Source: a virus
Taxonomy: Duplodnaviria; Caudoviricetes
Direction: 5' to 3' (one strand)
DNA length: 53,461 nucleotides
IMG/VR virus record: IMGVR_UViG_3300048599_000841
Location: 1 to 53,461 of that record
The notes beneath the pieces are model-generated. The model made no database searches. It saw only the letters and a list, made by a program, of their open reading frames with translations, and was not told the origin of the DNA. Made by a program: the position numbers and the translations under genes. Positions 1-10,245 of this stretch are shown here, in pieces (the stretch's first letter is position 1; each line of letters opens with the position of its first letter).

Positions 1-1248
1 TTACGATCCAACCGCTTGCCGGAGGGTGTCGTCGATATCGCTCTTAAAAAAGTGGACATACCGGTTGTAGGTAATCTCCACGCTGGCGTGGCCCAGAAGC
101 TTCGAGATGATCTTCACTTCCACACCCCTGGCGTACAGGTTGCTGGCGAAGGAGTGCCGGAGCGCATGCAGGCCACGGTGTTCCACGCCTGCCGCTGCGC
201 AGGCCGTCTCCATCGTCGCCAGCAGGTTCCGGTAGCTCAGGTGCTTTCCGGTCTGGGTGGCGAACACGTAGGGGCAGCCTGGGACCACCTGCGCTTTCAT
301 GTGCCGGACCGCTTCTATCGCCCTGGCGTTTAGCGGAATCGTCCGCCTGCCCGACTCCGTCTTCGTCGTTCGCTGGACAAGGTTCTTCCCGTCAACCCTG
401 ACCATGTTCTTTGTGACCTTCAGCGTCCGCTTCTCCTCGTCAATGTCACCCCATTCCAGCGCCAGCGCTTCACCGGCACGGAGCCCAGTCTCAAGAATCA
501 GAACACAGCCCCAGCCATAGCGGAGGTGGGGCCTGCCGTTGTTCTCTTCGGTGAAGGCGGTGACCAGCTTTTCCTGCTCATCCCTTTCGTAAGGGAACAC
601 CACCTTCGTATTGTGGGTCATGGGGGGCATCTGCACGCCCTCGACGGGGTTTCGCTGAATGGCCTCGGTCAGCATCGCGTACTCCAGCACCTGGCTGAGC
701 AGAAGCTTCTGTTTCTTGATAGTCGAGGCGCTCATGTCCTCCAGGCGGTTGACGTACTCCTGCACATGCTCGAGCCGGATCGCTCGAATGTCCATTTGGG
801 CGAGCTCATCCTTGCAGAGGAGTTGAAGGCAGAACTGGTAGCGCTCGTAGGAGCTGGGTCGGACTTTTCCCTTTTTGAACTTCTCCAGCCAGTTCAGCAT
901 GTAATCGGCTAGGGGAATATAGTCCTCTACGGACGCAGCATGCGGAACGGGAGTTTTTCCAGTAACCTTCGTCCCCGCATCCACCTTCGGCCGCTCGGGT
1001 TTCTTCTCGGGTTCTGGCTCACTCTCCTGCGCCAGTTGGAGCGTCTGGAACCGCTTTAGCACTTCATCCTCCGAGTTGCAGGTGATGAATTTCCGATTTC
1101 CGTCCACGTCGCGGTACCCCGCCTGGTACCGCCCATCGGACCGTTTGGTGATCTTGCCAAGCTTCAAGTGAACGATCGTCACTGCCTTCCCTCCCGCTTG
1201 TTTGCTGCCATCCGGAGAACCAGTGACATGATAAATCGTTCGTTCCAC
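1..1248 (-). CDS. int: Tyrosine recombinase / phage integrase
   Basis: Catalytic motifs LETGLRAGEALAL (R), TTKTESGRRTIPL (K), HALRHSFAS (HxxR), LLGHAS and YNRYVH (Y); N-terminal arm-binding-like segment KRSDGRYQA; GTG start after GGAG; stop TAA at bases 1-3. Confidence 0.95.
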   Translation of the reverse strand: MERTIYHVTGSPDGSKQAGGKAVTIVHLKLGKITKRSDGRYQAGYRDVDGNRKFITCNSEDEVLKRFQTLQLAQESEPEPEKKPERPKVDAGTKVTGKTPVPHAASVEDYIPLADYMLNWLEKFKKGKVRPSSYERYQFCLQLLCKDELAQMDIRAIRLEHVQEYVNRLEDMSASTIKKQKLLLSQVLEYAMLTEAIQRNPVEGVQMPPMTHNTKVVFPYERDEQEKLVTAFTEENNGRPHLRYGWGCVLILETGLRAGEALALEWGDIDEEKRTLKVTKNMVRVDGKNLVQRTTKTESGRRTIPLNARAIEAVRHMKAQVVPGCPYVFATQTGKHLSYRNLLATMETACAAAGVEHRGLHALRHSFASNLYARGVEVKIISKLLGHASVEITYNRYVHFFKSDIDDTLRQAVGS

Positions 1249-1390
1249 GATATCAACTCCGTTTCAGATCATAATCGGCGTCGTGGGGACAGAAAGAAAC
1301 CGCCGGGATTTGTCTTGGTTCCACAAGCAAATCCCGGTGGGGAAAAGGGTGAAAGACGTAAGATGCACCCTCTCGCCCTTAAGCGAGCTG

Positions 1391-1843
1391 TTATTTGTCC
1401 TTCGGGGCGGTGTCGGAGCCGTCACTGTTCTCATCGGACACGTCGTCATTCTCATCTTTGAGCTTGGTCAGCACATTGGTGAGAAATGCGGGCAGTTTCA
1501 CGCCCATTTCGCCGACATTTTCAACAATCGAGAGGCCGTCATTGGCGATAAAGAAGAATGCGGTGGAGGTGCGAAACACGCCCGCCGCGTTGCCCGTGAT
1601 CCGGTCGAGCTGCGCCGCGAGGATGACGATCAGGAAGATCGAGCCCTTCTTCATCAGCCCTTCGAACCCAACCGAGGACTTGAGCGTCTTGGTCTTGATT
1701 GCCGCGCCCACGCCGGTGATGTAGTCCAGCGCAATGAAGATGAGCAGGATTTCGAGGCTCTTGTCCCAGCCACCCAAGAGTGTCGATACGATGCCCGCGC
1801 CAATAGCGGTCAAGGAGGAAAAGAAAGCGTCTTTCACGGTCAA
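1391..1843 (-). CDS. Phage holin (phage_holin_4_1-like)
   Basis: LLGGWD..L..LLIFIALDYITG, LKSSVGFEGL.KK and ANDGLSIVEN..MGV.LP motifs; transmembrane segments; located downstream of the endolysin. Confidence 0.9.
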   Translation of the reverse strand: MTVKDAFFSSLTAIGAGIVSTLLGGWDKSLEILLIFIALDYITGVGAAIKTKTLKSSVGFEGLMKKGSIFLIVILAAQLDRITGNAAGVFRTSTAFFFIANDGLSIVENVGEMGVKLPAFLTNVLTKLKDENDDVSDENSDGSDTAPKDK

Positions 1844-2097
1844 CCCTCCCGCTTTTTGTCGGTAGATGCCGGCGAGGCCATCCGCATCGCTTCCCGGATC
1901 GCCTCGTCGGTGTAGTAGCTCTTCAGGGACTGGATATTTCCGTCCGAGAGGATGTTGGCAGCCCGCTGGAGTGCGTTGCGGCGCTCCGCTCTGGCTGCCA
2001 TAAGCCTCTGCAGCGCATCGATCCCGGTCAGCAGGCAGACCATCGCAATCAAGCCGGCGCAGAAGCCGGCGAGTACTGAGAGAAGATACCGATCCAT
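1840..2097 (-). CDS. Small membrane protein in the lysis cassette
   Basis: 85 aa with an N-terminal hydrophobic helix; overlaps the lysin stop and the holin start. Confidence 0.6.
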   Translation of the reverse strand: MDRYLLSVLAGFCAGLIAMVCLLTGIDALQRLMAARAERRNALQRAANILSDGNIQSLKSYYTDEAIREAMRMASPASTDKKREG

Positions 2098-3803
2098 CAG
2101 GCCTCCTCTCCCCGGAACCAGGCGACAGACCTGCCCTTGCCGGTCACGCGGTTGACGTCGACGTTGCCGGAGATGCCCGCCACCTTGCCCCGGCTGGCGT
2201 ACTGGTGGAGGTCGCAGGAGTAGGCTGGTTCCTTCTCCGGCACGCCGGAATTGGAACCATACCGGGGAATCCAGACGAACTCCACTTCGGCCGTGTCCAG
2301 GTTGTACTGCTTGAAGCGGTGGCGTGCGATGTAGAGGCCCACTTTCTTCACGCCCAGCCGCTTAAGCTCCGCCACGAACGCGGACACCAGCGCGCGGACG
2401 TTTGGCTCATCCCCGCCGTAGGATTCCACATCGGCGACATAGTAGAGCGCGGGGCTATCCTTGCAGAGGGAGTACAGGAGCCGCGCCTCGGCCTTCGCTT
2501 CCTCCACCGTCTTCCCTTTCATGTAGTGGTAGACGCCGAAGGGCACACTGTTTTTCACGCACCCGGCGACGTTCCGGGCAATCTTCGCATCCGCATGCAC
2601 GCCCACACTGCCCCGGAGGATCGCGAAGTCGATCGCGTTGGCCGTCAGCGCCCAGTCGATGTTCTCCTGGTACTGGCTCACATCGATGGCGAGGCCCTTG
2701 TACTGCCCGGCGGCAGGCGCCTCGATCAGCTCGGCGTACTTGCCGCTGACCCAGGCGGGCTGATCCTTAACAAGCACGCGGTGCCAGCCGTTCCGGGACT
2801 CACCCTCATAGGGCAGTGTCCGGCCCTTCTTCAAAACCTGGAGCACGCTGTTACTGGTGGAAGGCCCGGTCCGCACGTTGACGTTGCCGGTCGCCAGGAC
2901 GAGCATCGGCCGATCGGTCCCACCGTCGTCGCTGGGCGTCTCTTCTTCATCACCGTCGGTTTCGGAGCCGCTGCCGTCGGGCGGGCTGTCGTCGTCCAGG
3001 GCGCCGGAATCCGGGAGCCCGTTCGTAAGCGCTACCTTCAGCGCCTCATACTCCTCCTCGCCGAATACGCCGTCCGCCGCAAGACCGACCCGCTGCTGGA
3101 ATGCCGTCACAGCGGCCTGGGTCGTCAGGCCGAACTCGCCGTCGACGCCGTCCTTTCCGTCGCCGAAGGAGCCCAGTTCAAAGCCCAGCGTTTTCAGCGC
3201 CCGCTGAAGCTCGATAACGTCCGCGCCCGCACAGCCCTTCGAAAGCTCCCGGTCGCCCAGTTCGCGGGCCTCTTCCGATGCGCTTCCGCTCACGTACCGG
3301 AGGAAGGGCAGCCTAGCCCAATCCGTCCAGCCGCGAGAGGCGATCCTGGTCCGAACCACATCGCTGGAAAAGCCCTGCGCCTCGATGGCATACCCGCCAC
3401 CGATCGTCACGCCCACGTGGCCCTTCTTGTGTAGAAGCAGGCCGGGGACGTCGGGCAGAGCGGCTATCCCGCCGTTCTCGCAGCCCTTTTTCTTGCAGTA
3501 GGCGAATAGTCCGTCGGCGCTGAGGTCAGGACAGCCGTTCGAGGCGTAGACCGGCTCGCGCTCCCCGGCGTTCGACCACGCCGCACCCTTGATCAGCCCC
3601 ACGCAATCGACGGCAAACCGCCCCCCTGCGATGTCCTTCCGGTATCCGGAGGCCCTGGAGGCGGTGTAGTGCGCGGGATACTGTGCCTTCTTTCGCTTGT
3701 AAAGCGATTCGGTGCACTTGAGCCCGTACGTGCCGTACCAGTACACCCAGCCTTCCCGCCAGGCATTCAGCGCGTATTCCACCAGTTGAAGGTTGGTCAG
3801 CAT
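2097..3803 (-). CDS. Modular endolysin: NlpC/P60-CHAP-like peptidase + peptidoglycan-binding domain + SH3b + GH25 muramidase
   Basis: VDCVGLIKG and GHVGV (Cys/His peptidase); GADVIELQRAL...DGEFG..T..AV.AFQ...GL.ADG (PG-binding 1); GNVNVRTGPST...GW..V......WVSGKY (SH3b); IDVSQYQENIDW...DVE...HQY...G.V.GI.GNVDVN (GH25); RBS AAAGGAG. Confidence 0.9.
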   Translation of the reverse strand: MLTNLQLVEYALNAWREGWVYWYGTYGLKCTESLYKRKKAQYPAHYTASRASGYRKDIAGGRFAVDCVGLIKGAAWSNAGEREPVYASNGCPDLSADGLFAYCKKKGCENGGIAALPDVPGLLLHKKGHVGVTIGGGYAIEAQGFSSDVVRTRIASRGWTDWARLPFLRYVSGSASEEARELGDRELSKGCAGADVIELQRALKTLGFELGSFGDGKDGVDGEFGLTTQAAVTAFQQRVGLAADGVFGEEEYEALKVALTNGLPDSGALDDDSPPDGSGSETDGDEEETPSDDGGTDRPMLVLATGNVNVRTGPSTSNSVLQVLKKGRTLPYEGESRNGWHRVLVKDQPAWVSGKYAELIEAPAAGQYKGLAIDVSQYQENIDWALTANAIDFAILRGSVGVHADAKIARNVAGCVKNSVPFGVYHYMKGKTVEEAKAEARLLYSLCKDSPALYYVADVESYGGDEPNVRALVSAFVAELKRLGVKKVGLYIARHRFKQYNLDTAEVEFVWIPRYGSNSGVPEKEPAYSCDLHQYASRGKVAGISGNVDVNRVTGKGRSVAWFRGEEA

Positions 3804-3822
3804 CTGTAGCTCCTTTCAAAGT

Positions 3823-3843
3823 AAAACCGCCCTTTCGGGGCGG
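3823..3843 (-). terminator. Intrinsic terminator between tail-tip genes and lysin
   Basis: Minus strand reads CCGCCCC-GAAA-GGGCGG-TTTT. Confidence 0.6.
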
Positions 3844-3871
3844 CAATTCAGCGTTTATATGTAGTTATGGA

Positions 3872-4585
3872 CTATTCGTATAGGACCCACCGGAGGCTGC
3901 CGGCCTTGGGCGTGAATACGACCGACTTGAGGTGCCGGGCCGTGCAGATCCAGGTCTGGCTACCGTGCTTTACCACCGTGTCCACTTCGATCACCGTCAG
4001 GTCCGGAATCTCCGACCAAACGAGTACCGCCGGGCCGGAGGCGCTGTCTACTGCCCAATAGGTCCCAATGTTTTCCGGATTCACTGGGTCTTTATCCCGG
4101 CTGTAGCGCAGCGCAACGAAGCCCGAGACCTTGTCCCCTTTGATGTATCGGGTAACCGCGTTCCACGTACCGTCGGAGACGGGTGCGGCAATCAACCCGC
4201 TCCGCGCGGCCTCAAGCGCCTCCTCCAGGTCGAGCTGCGCCTGGTCCGCAGCGGATTCGCGTTCGTCGAGCTTCTTTTGCAGCGCGCGCAGCGCCGCCTC
4301 ACTCTCCGCGCGCACGCGGGCGATCTCCCGCTGCGCGTCGTCCGTCTTCGTCACCAGTAATTCATAGCGCAGGATGGTGTTGTACCCGGCGTGCCGGCCG
4401 ACCTCCTTTCCACTTTCGAGGATCACCCAGTCTCCCGCCGTCAGCGCCGCGAGTTGCGCATCGATAAGCGGTGCGTCCGTCGCGATCCGCATCACCTGCT
4501 TGGGCACGCCATCCAACTGCGCAATCTCCCGGATCACGCTGTCCACTTGAATCTCCGTTTCTCCCGCCCGGATCACCATATTCAT
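3872..4585 (-). CDS. Tail-tip associated protein with coiled coil and CBM5/12-like C-terminal motifs
   Basis: ATG at 4585 overlaps the upstream stop (ATGA); WNAVTRYIKGDKV and VKHGSQTWICTARH resemble ChiC-type carbohydrate-binding repeats. Confidence 0.6.
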   Translation of the reverse strand: MNMVIRAGETEIQVDSVIREIAQLDGVPKQVMRIATDAPLIDAQLAALTAGDWVILESGKEVGRHAGYNTILRYELLVTKTDDAQREIARVRAESEAALRALQKKLDERESAADQAQLDLEEALEAARSGLIAAPVSDGTWNAVTRYIKGDKVSGFVALRYSRDKDPVNPENIGTYWAVDSASGPAVLVWSEIPDLTVIEVDTVVKHGSQTWICTARHLKSVVFTPKAGSLRWVLYE

Positions 4586-5634
4586 CCCTCCCACACACCG
4601 GAGCGCAGCGTCCGCGCGCCCTCCGATTTGACCCATACGCCGCCCTGGCGAACGTAGGGGGATGCCGGGGCGAAAACGCCGCCTTGTTTCACATACAGGT
4701 TGTTGAGTGACTCCTCCACGAAGATGCGGATGTACCCAGGATAGGAATAGCCAAGGCTGGCAGGATCTGCGGATACAGTGACCGGCCCATACACAGAAGA
4801 AGGCAGTGGGCATCCGTTGATGCCCGCGGTATAGTCGGCATAAGGATAGGACACACCGGACACCCTCGCCAGGTCTGTCCAACTGCTGCCGCCTCCCCCC
4901 GCGTGTTGGCCGCCTCCGCCCGCGCCGCCAAAGTAGCCGCTTGCCCCGCCTCCACCCGAACGGGACCAGGTGCTGGAGTCGGCGGTTTGCGTGCCGTTCG
5001 CGCCGCGCCCACCCTGCAGGGAGGATCCCGCTACCTGGCCCTGGGTCCCGTACACCGTGCCGCCTGCCGTCAATGTGCCGCCTCCGCCACCGGAAGCCGT
5101 GGTTGATTCGCCGCGCGCGCCTTCTCCGCGGCCGAGGGCGCCGCTGCCGCCCATGTGGACCACTTCATTTTGGCCGCCGCATGCGCCGCCCCCGCCGCCC
5201 GCGACCAGAAGATACGCGCTGCCCTGCCTGATCCAGGAACAACCGCCGCCCCCGCCGCCGGTCCAGGCTTTGGCTGAGGACTGTTTGAGCATGGTACCGC
5301 TGTTGCCACCTCCACCTGCCCCACCGGTCGCAGTGCGCGTGCCGGAGGTGGAACTCTTGACGGCGGCCTGACCGTAGCCGGCCGCGAACAGCGTGAGTGA
5401 GGTAGCTAAATTCAGAACGACTGTGCCGCAGGTCGCGCCGGCGCGACCGCCGCCCCACTTGTCGCCGGCGCTGTCGCGGGCGTCGCCGCCGGACCCGCCC
5501 CACAGGTAGAACCGGTAGCGCCCGGCGGGCAGCGTCAGCGTCGTGGAGATGCCGGTCGTCGATAGGTTGAGCACATCCCCTGCCCGGATCGCGTCCACGG
5601 TGGGATTTCCCGCGGAGATTTCGTATGTAGCCAT
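4582..5634 (-). CDS. Glycine-rich tail/receptor-binding-associated protein
   Basis: LPAGRYRFYLWGGSGG and LLVAGGGGG motifs plus many GGGGG runs; lies in the tail-tip operon. Confidence 0.75.
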   Translation of the reverse strand: MATYEISAGNPTVDAIRAGDVLNLSTTGISTTLTLPAGRYRFYLWGGSGGDARDSAGDKWGGGRAGATCGTVVLNLATSLTLFAAGYGQAAVKSSTSGTRTATGGAGGGGNSGTMLKQSSAKAWTGGGGGGCSWIRQGSAYLLVAGGGGGACGGQNEVVHMGGSGALGRGEGARGESTTASGGGGGTLTAGGTVYGTQGQVAGSSLQGGRGANGTQTADSSTWSRSGGGGASGYFGGAGGGGQHAGGGGSSWTDLARVSGVSYPYADYTAGINGCPLPSSVYGPVTVSADPASLGYSYPGYIRIFVEESLNNLYVKQGGVFAPASPYVRQGGVWVKSEGARTLRSGVWEG

Positions 5635-5643
5635 GCTTTCCCT

Positions 5644-6387
5644 TCATATCTTGAGCCACACGCTCCCCTCGGAGGCGTTTGCGGGCGTGGCGGTGGAGAC
5701 GATGATGTTCCGAACCTGTTCGACGACATTCGCATCGTGGGTGGCCGCCGCCGGAGCATACAGGTTGATCATGCCCTCACCCAGCGTCATGTGGCCTTGG
5801 ATGTCGACGCTCTCCTCGGAGTAGAGCTTCAACGGGCCGCGCGCCACCACGCCGCCATAACGGTCGTCGGTCCAGACGCCCTCCTCGTTCAGGTATCCGT
5901 TCCGGCCGTAGATCTCCAGCTGATTGGCATATTCCGTCCCCGTCCCCGAAAAGGAGTCCAGGCACATGAGCCGCAGGTGCAGCTCGTTGTTTTCGGTGGT
6001 CACGTAGAAGTAGGAGGTGGAGCTCGGGTTGGTGGTGTCCTTCAGCCGGTTGACCGCAAAGTACGCTTCACCGTTCAGGACGCCGGCCTCTGCGACCGGA
6101 GCGTTGCCCGAGGTCTTGTAGAGCCCGAACCTCGCCGCGTTTGCCTGAAAGTAGGTCCCGAGTCCCGACTGGCTGACCTTGAGGCCGCTCGCCTCGTCGA
6201 TGGTCACCGCCTGGGCTGCCACAGCATTGGATACGACCGGCTTCCATGCCGAACCGTCATAGCGGCTGAGCACACCGGTCGTCGTGTTCAGCCACAGCAT
6301 GCCGGCGACCGGATTGGTCGGCGCCGCGGCTTGGACGATCGGGTCGTTGAGATCGCTTATCGTGAATTGTGCGCGCGCCAAGGGCAT
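5644..6387 (-). CDS. Minor tail protein
   Basis: APTNPVAGMLWLNT..GVL.RYDGSAW motif, common in siphovirus tail proteins; translationally coupled to neighbours. Confidence 0.7.
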   Translation of the reverse strand: MPLARAQFTISDLNDPIVQAAAPTNPVAGMLWLNTTTGVLSRYDGSAWKPVVSNAVAAQAVTIDEASGLKVSQSGLGTYFQANAARFGLYKTSGNAPVAEAGVLNGEAYFAVNRLKDTTNPSSTSYFYVTTENNELHLRLMCLDSFSGTGTEYANQLEIYGRNGYLNEEGVWTDDRYGGVVARGPLKLYSEESVDIQGHMTLGEGMINLYAPAAATHDANVVEQVRNIIVSTATPANASEGSVWLKI

Positions 6388-8229
6388 CTAACTCACCTCG
6401 CAGGTAAAGGTGGTCTTGACAGTAACGTCGTCTCCGTCGATGTAGATCACCTTGCCGGTGGCGAAGGCGGCGCCGCCGTCCAGCGCGTTCCCGTCCTTGT
6501 CGCGCCGGTACCAAGCATAGGTGCGGGTGTGCTTGTAGGACGCGTCCGCGGTCACGTCAACCCACGCAGAACCCGAGTAGCGCATCAGCGCGATCTGAGG
6601 CGTGGACGAGGTGATCTTGTAGTAGAAATCCCCCGTCGCAGGCGAGGAAGGCGCGGTAACGGAAAAGGTCGTAGACCTCAGCGCGTCGGTCTCCGCTCCG
6701 TTCTGCCAGAGCCGGCAGATCAGGCAGGAGGTGCCCACGGTGTTCTTGAACACGCTGCCGCCGGTACTATCGATTGCAGCCTGGTAGTTGTCGGTCTTGT
6801 CGGTCAGCGTAATGGTGTCGGTATAGGTCTTGCCGCCGTAAGTCATGGCGCACTGATAAGCCTGAATTCCGACCACATCCGAGCCGCCTACACTGAGGGT
6901 AGACGCCGTCTGTCCGGAGATCGTCGTCCAGGCACCGGCGGTGTACTTCTTCCAGATGTAGGTCGCACCGGATGAAATGGCGGTGGCGCCATCGTAGGCG
7001 GCGGTCGCCAGGGTCAACGTGCCCAACTGATTCTGGAATACCGCGCCGTTTGGCGCGTACACCGAAAAGACCACCGCGTTCGCGCCGGCAGCGCCGGTGG
7101 CACCGGCAGCGCCAGTCGCGCCGGTGTTGACCTTGGACCAAGTGATGGCGAGCGTGGTGTTGACGGGCGAGGTAACCGGTACAGAGAGCGTGCCCTGCTG
7201 TGGCCCGGCGCCGCCCAGCGTCGCGTTGGCCGCAATCGTCAGGGTGATGGGGATCTCGTTGTTCACGGCACCGCCCACCGTGACCGTCATGCCGGTGGGC
7301 GTGCCGGTGACGGAGCCCACGGTGGGTGTGACCTTGGTGGTTCCGGTATAGGCCACGACGTTGCAGACGACGCTGGCCGCAGCCACCTGGCCGGAAGCGT
7401 TGCCCGCAAAGGTGATGTTCTCGTTGGTCAGCATGGCGACGGAGGCGGACGCACCGCTGGAACCATTGGTGCCCGCTGCGCCGTCGGCAACCTTGTACAC
7501 GCTAGTGGCGTCGCCGATACCGGCGTCCGACGTGACCGCGCGGATGGTCGCCACATCGCTGACCCACACCGCGTGGCCGGGCTTGACCACCAACGTCGTG
7601 GTGGTGATCACGGTGTTCCCGTCGCCGGTGGGGTAGTCCGTCCAGACGCCGGAGGAATTCTTGTACTGCCACTTGGAGAAGGTGGCGTTCTGGATGTTGG
7701 CGGTCAGTGTGATAGACGCGGGGTTCGGATTGGAGGAGCCGGATGCATACTTGAACACCTGCTCGCCGGAGATCCAGCAGTTCTTCGCGTTCTGGCCGGT
7801 CCTCACCAGCGCGAAGTCGATAGCGGCGGAGACGGAAATGGCTTCCCCGGTGTCCGGATCAGCGTAGGTCACGTAGGCAATGTAGGTCAGCGTGCCGGCG
7901 GAGATCGAAGCCATCTGGTTCTGGGAGACGGTCAGCACGCCGGAGGTGGCTGATTCGCCTGTGGTCATCGCGGTCTCGGATGCGGAGCCTTCCCGGCGCT
8001 TCCAGTCAATCGAGAGCCCTGCCTGGGTGAGTGGAATTTGCGCCTGGTCGGCATAAACGACCGGGGTCAGCACGACGTTGCCGGCGGCGATCGACCAGTC
8101 GGGCGAGAAAGTTCCGGCGTTGACCTCCTGTACCTGGATGCGCGGCTGATTGGAGTTGATGTAGCAGGACAGCGACTTGCCGTCCGCGAGGTCCACGATG
8201 CTGATCTGCCCGGTTGCTAATGCGGCCAT
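6388..8229 (-). CDS. Minor tail / fibre protein (Ig-like modules, short collagen-like stretch)
   Basis: ATGQISIVDL.DG start, Thr/Gly/Ser-rich beta modules, GATGAAGATGAAG triplets. Confidence 0.75.
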   Translation of the reverse strand: MAALATGQISIVDLADGKSLSCYINSNQPRIQVQEVNAGTFSPDWSIAAGNVVLTPVVYADQAQIPLTQAGLSIDWKRREGSASETAMTTGESATSGVLTVSQNQMASISAGTLTYIAYVTYADPDTGEAISVSAAIDFALVRTGQNAKNCWISGEQVFKYASGSSNPNPASITLTANIQNATFSKWQYKNSSGVWTDYPTGDGNTVITTTTLVVKPGHAVWVSDVATIRAVTSDAGIGDATSVYKVADGAAGTNGSSGASASVAMLTNENITFAGNASGQVAAASVVCNVVAYTGTTKVTPTVGSVTGTPTGMTVTVGGAVNNEIPITLTIAANATLGGAGPQQGTLSVPVTSPVNTTLAITWSKVNTGATGAAGATGAAGANAVVFSVYAPNGAVFQNQLGTLTLATAAYDGATAISSGATYIWKKYTAGAWTTISGQTASTLSVGGSDVVGIQAYQCAMTYGGKTYTDTITLTDKTDNYQAAIDSTGGSVFKNTVGTSCLICRLWQNGAETDALRSTTFSVTAPSSPATGDFYYKITSSTPQIALMRYSGSAWVDVTADASYKHTRTYAWYRRDKDGNALDGGAAFATGKVIYIDGDDVTVKTTFTCEVS

Positions 8230-8231
8230 AG

Positions 8232-10109
8232 CTATTCCCCCTCAAGAGTGCAATGAAAAACCGCCTGGCGCTTGACGTCGGCGGCAGTGACGGTGACGGA
8301 CTTGGTTCCCGTGTGGGCGGCGTTCCATAGGACGTCGCCATAACTGTCTGCGCTTTCCCGCGTCCAGGAAAAGCGGGAGGCGTCGTATTGGCCGGTGAGG
8401 TCGGTGGCGCCACGGAGGACCTTGGCGGTGAGGACCGTCTCCGGCACCTCCGCGGTCAGCACGCCGCCCCGGGAAGCGACGATGGAGAGAGTGATTCCCA
8501 CGGTCTGCTCCGCGACACCGACCACACTGCCGTTCAAGGAGAGATCAATCTCTTCCACCGATTCCGGCTCCAGTTGCGCCGCGGAGATGCTCTCCATCGC
8601 GATCCTCCGGCCGGAGATCGTGGAGGGCAACTGCCAGGCAGCGACGGCGGTCTTTCGCATATCCTGACGGACGGAGCCCAGTTCGATGGACTGAAACTTC
8701 TCGTTTAGGCAGTCGAACTCGACGCGATTGACCTCGGTCAGGACGTCGATCTGGATACCCGGGTGCTTGACCCGAACCCGGTCGTAGAGGAACACATCCT
8801 CCAGGCTCCGGTACTGGGCGTACTCCTCCGTATCGCCCAAGGAGAGGAATTCCACCTTCAGGGACACCTTGGGCAGGTCGGCGTCGTTTGCCAGCACGGC
8901 CAGCGCCTCCCGGATCATCCGGATGCGCACGGCAGTTTTCGAGACGGTCTTGGTCTCCTTGCATTCGCCGGAGCAAGCCAGCGCCCGTACATGGGGCGTA
9001 GGGTATAGGCCAGCACGAGGACTATCGATCCAGGTCTGGCCGGCGACGATTGTGTGCACGGTGCCGTCCACGTTGTAGGTGCCCGGGGCGAGCAGGAGAT
9101 CGTTACCCTTTTTGTCCTTTCCGACCGGCACAATCCGCGTGACCACGTCCGAGGCGTCCACCTCGCAGGAGACGCCCAGCAGGTTCTTGGCGTACTCGAT
9201 CCTGACCCCGCGGTTGAGCCCCGCGTCCCGGAGCAGGTAAAAGTCGAAGTTGTCGCGGACCAGTTCCGCGCCCCACAGAGATGCCGCGCCGGATTCGGGG
9301 TCGAGCAGCGCGCTGACAGGATTGACCCTCGTCCAGCCGTCGATCACCCGCTCGCCTCCGATGTCGGTGAAACCGGAGAAAGCTGTGTCGCCCAGGCAGT
9401 TCTCCAGGATACCGTCCACCGCGTCCACGCAGGAGGTCTGCCCGGCAGGGTAGGAGGTGAGGTTGTTCAACAGGTCGTAGAAGATGTGCCGGGCATAGGC
9501 GGTCACACCATCGTCCCGGAGATCCACCTTGTAGATTCGGAACAGTTGGTCGGCCACGATCCAGGCGGGTGCGACAGCCTCGATGGCGGCAGGATCGTTC
9601 GGCCAGTTCTCGGTCAGCGTGTATTGGATAGCAGATTTCGCGATCCAGCCGTAGTAGGTATAGGTCTTCCACACCCACTTGCCGTGGCGCCTGACCTTCT
9701 TCTTTCCGGTGAAGATCCCCTTGTACCGATTCTCGCCCTTGAAGATAATGGGCAGATCCATGCCCACCGGCAGATTCTTCTTCCGGACCCTGTTGCCGGA
9801 GTGGTGGTAGTAGAGATTCCGCTGCGTTTTCGTGGTGCCTGTGCGGATTGTCCAGACCTCGTGGGCGGTGACCAAAATGCCCTCTGGGGTAATGGGCGGC
9901 ACGGTACGGACAGGGACGTCGCACTTCAGAATGTAGTCGTTCTGCAGGAACGTCCAGCGCTTGTTCTCGTCGATGGGGTGTTCCAATTGGATCTCCGAGA
10001 GGTCGTTCCGCGCCTCGGTGTGCACGCAGGAGGTTGGCGTGAGCGCCCCGCACAGGCCCATCGTGTCAAAGTCCTCGGCGTCGGGGAAATAGATGTACAC
10101 CTCGCTCAT
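8232..10109 (-). CDS. Phage tail endopeptidase / Tal-like baseplate hub protein
   Basis: QLFRIYKV, AYARHIFYDL, WGAELVRDNF, RGVRIEYAKNL.G and VVTRIVP.G motifs; directly after Dit. Confidence 0.9.
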   Translation of the reverse strand: MSEVYIYFPDAEDFDTMGLCGALTPTSCVHTEARNDLSEIQLEHPIDENKRWTFLQNDYILKCDVPVRTVPPITPEGILVTAHEVWTIRTGTTKTQRNLYYHHSGNRVRKKNLPVGMDLPIIFKGENRYKGIFTGKKKVRRHGKWVWKTYTYYGWIAKSAIQYTLTENWPNDPAAIEAVAPAWIVADQLFRIYKVDLRDDGVTAYARHIFYDLLNNLTSYPAGQTSCVDAVDGILENCLGDTAFSGFTDIGGERVIDGWTRVNPVSALLDPESGAASLWGAELVRDNFDFYLLRDAGLNRGVRIEYAKNLLGVSCEVDASDVVTRIVPVGKDKKGNDLLLAPGTYNVDGTVHTIVAGQTWIDSPRAGLYPTPHVRALACSGECKETKTVSKTAVRIRMIREALAVLANDADLPKVSLKVEFLSLGDTEEYAQYRSLEDVFLYDRVRVKHPGIQIDVLTEVNRVEFDCLNEKFQSIELGSVRQDMRKTAVAAWQLPSTISGRRIAMESISAAQLEPESVEEIDLSLNGSVVGVAEQTVGITLSIVASRGGVLTAEVPETVLTAKVLRGATDLTGQYDASRFSWTRESADSYGDVLWNAAHTGTKSVTVTAADVKRQAVFHCTLEGE

Positions 10110-10245
10110 GCATTACTTCCCCTCCTTCAGGGCGAAAATAGAATGATCAACCTTTCAAAGGGGGCAGGCAACTTCATCATACCCCCCTGCTTGGCAGGAC
10201 TATGATTGCCTCATACCGAAATAACCGGAAAAGGAGCGTTACCCC

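Noticed and set aside
4582-8229. Diversity-generating retroelement or invertible tail-fibre system
   Set aside because: No reverse transcriptase, no template/variable repeat pair and no invertase seen
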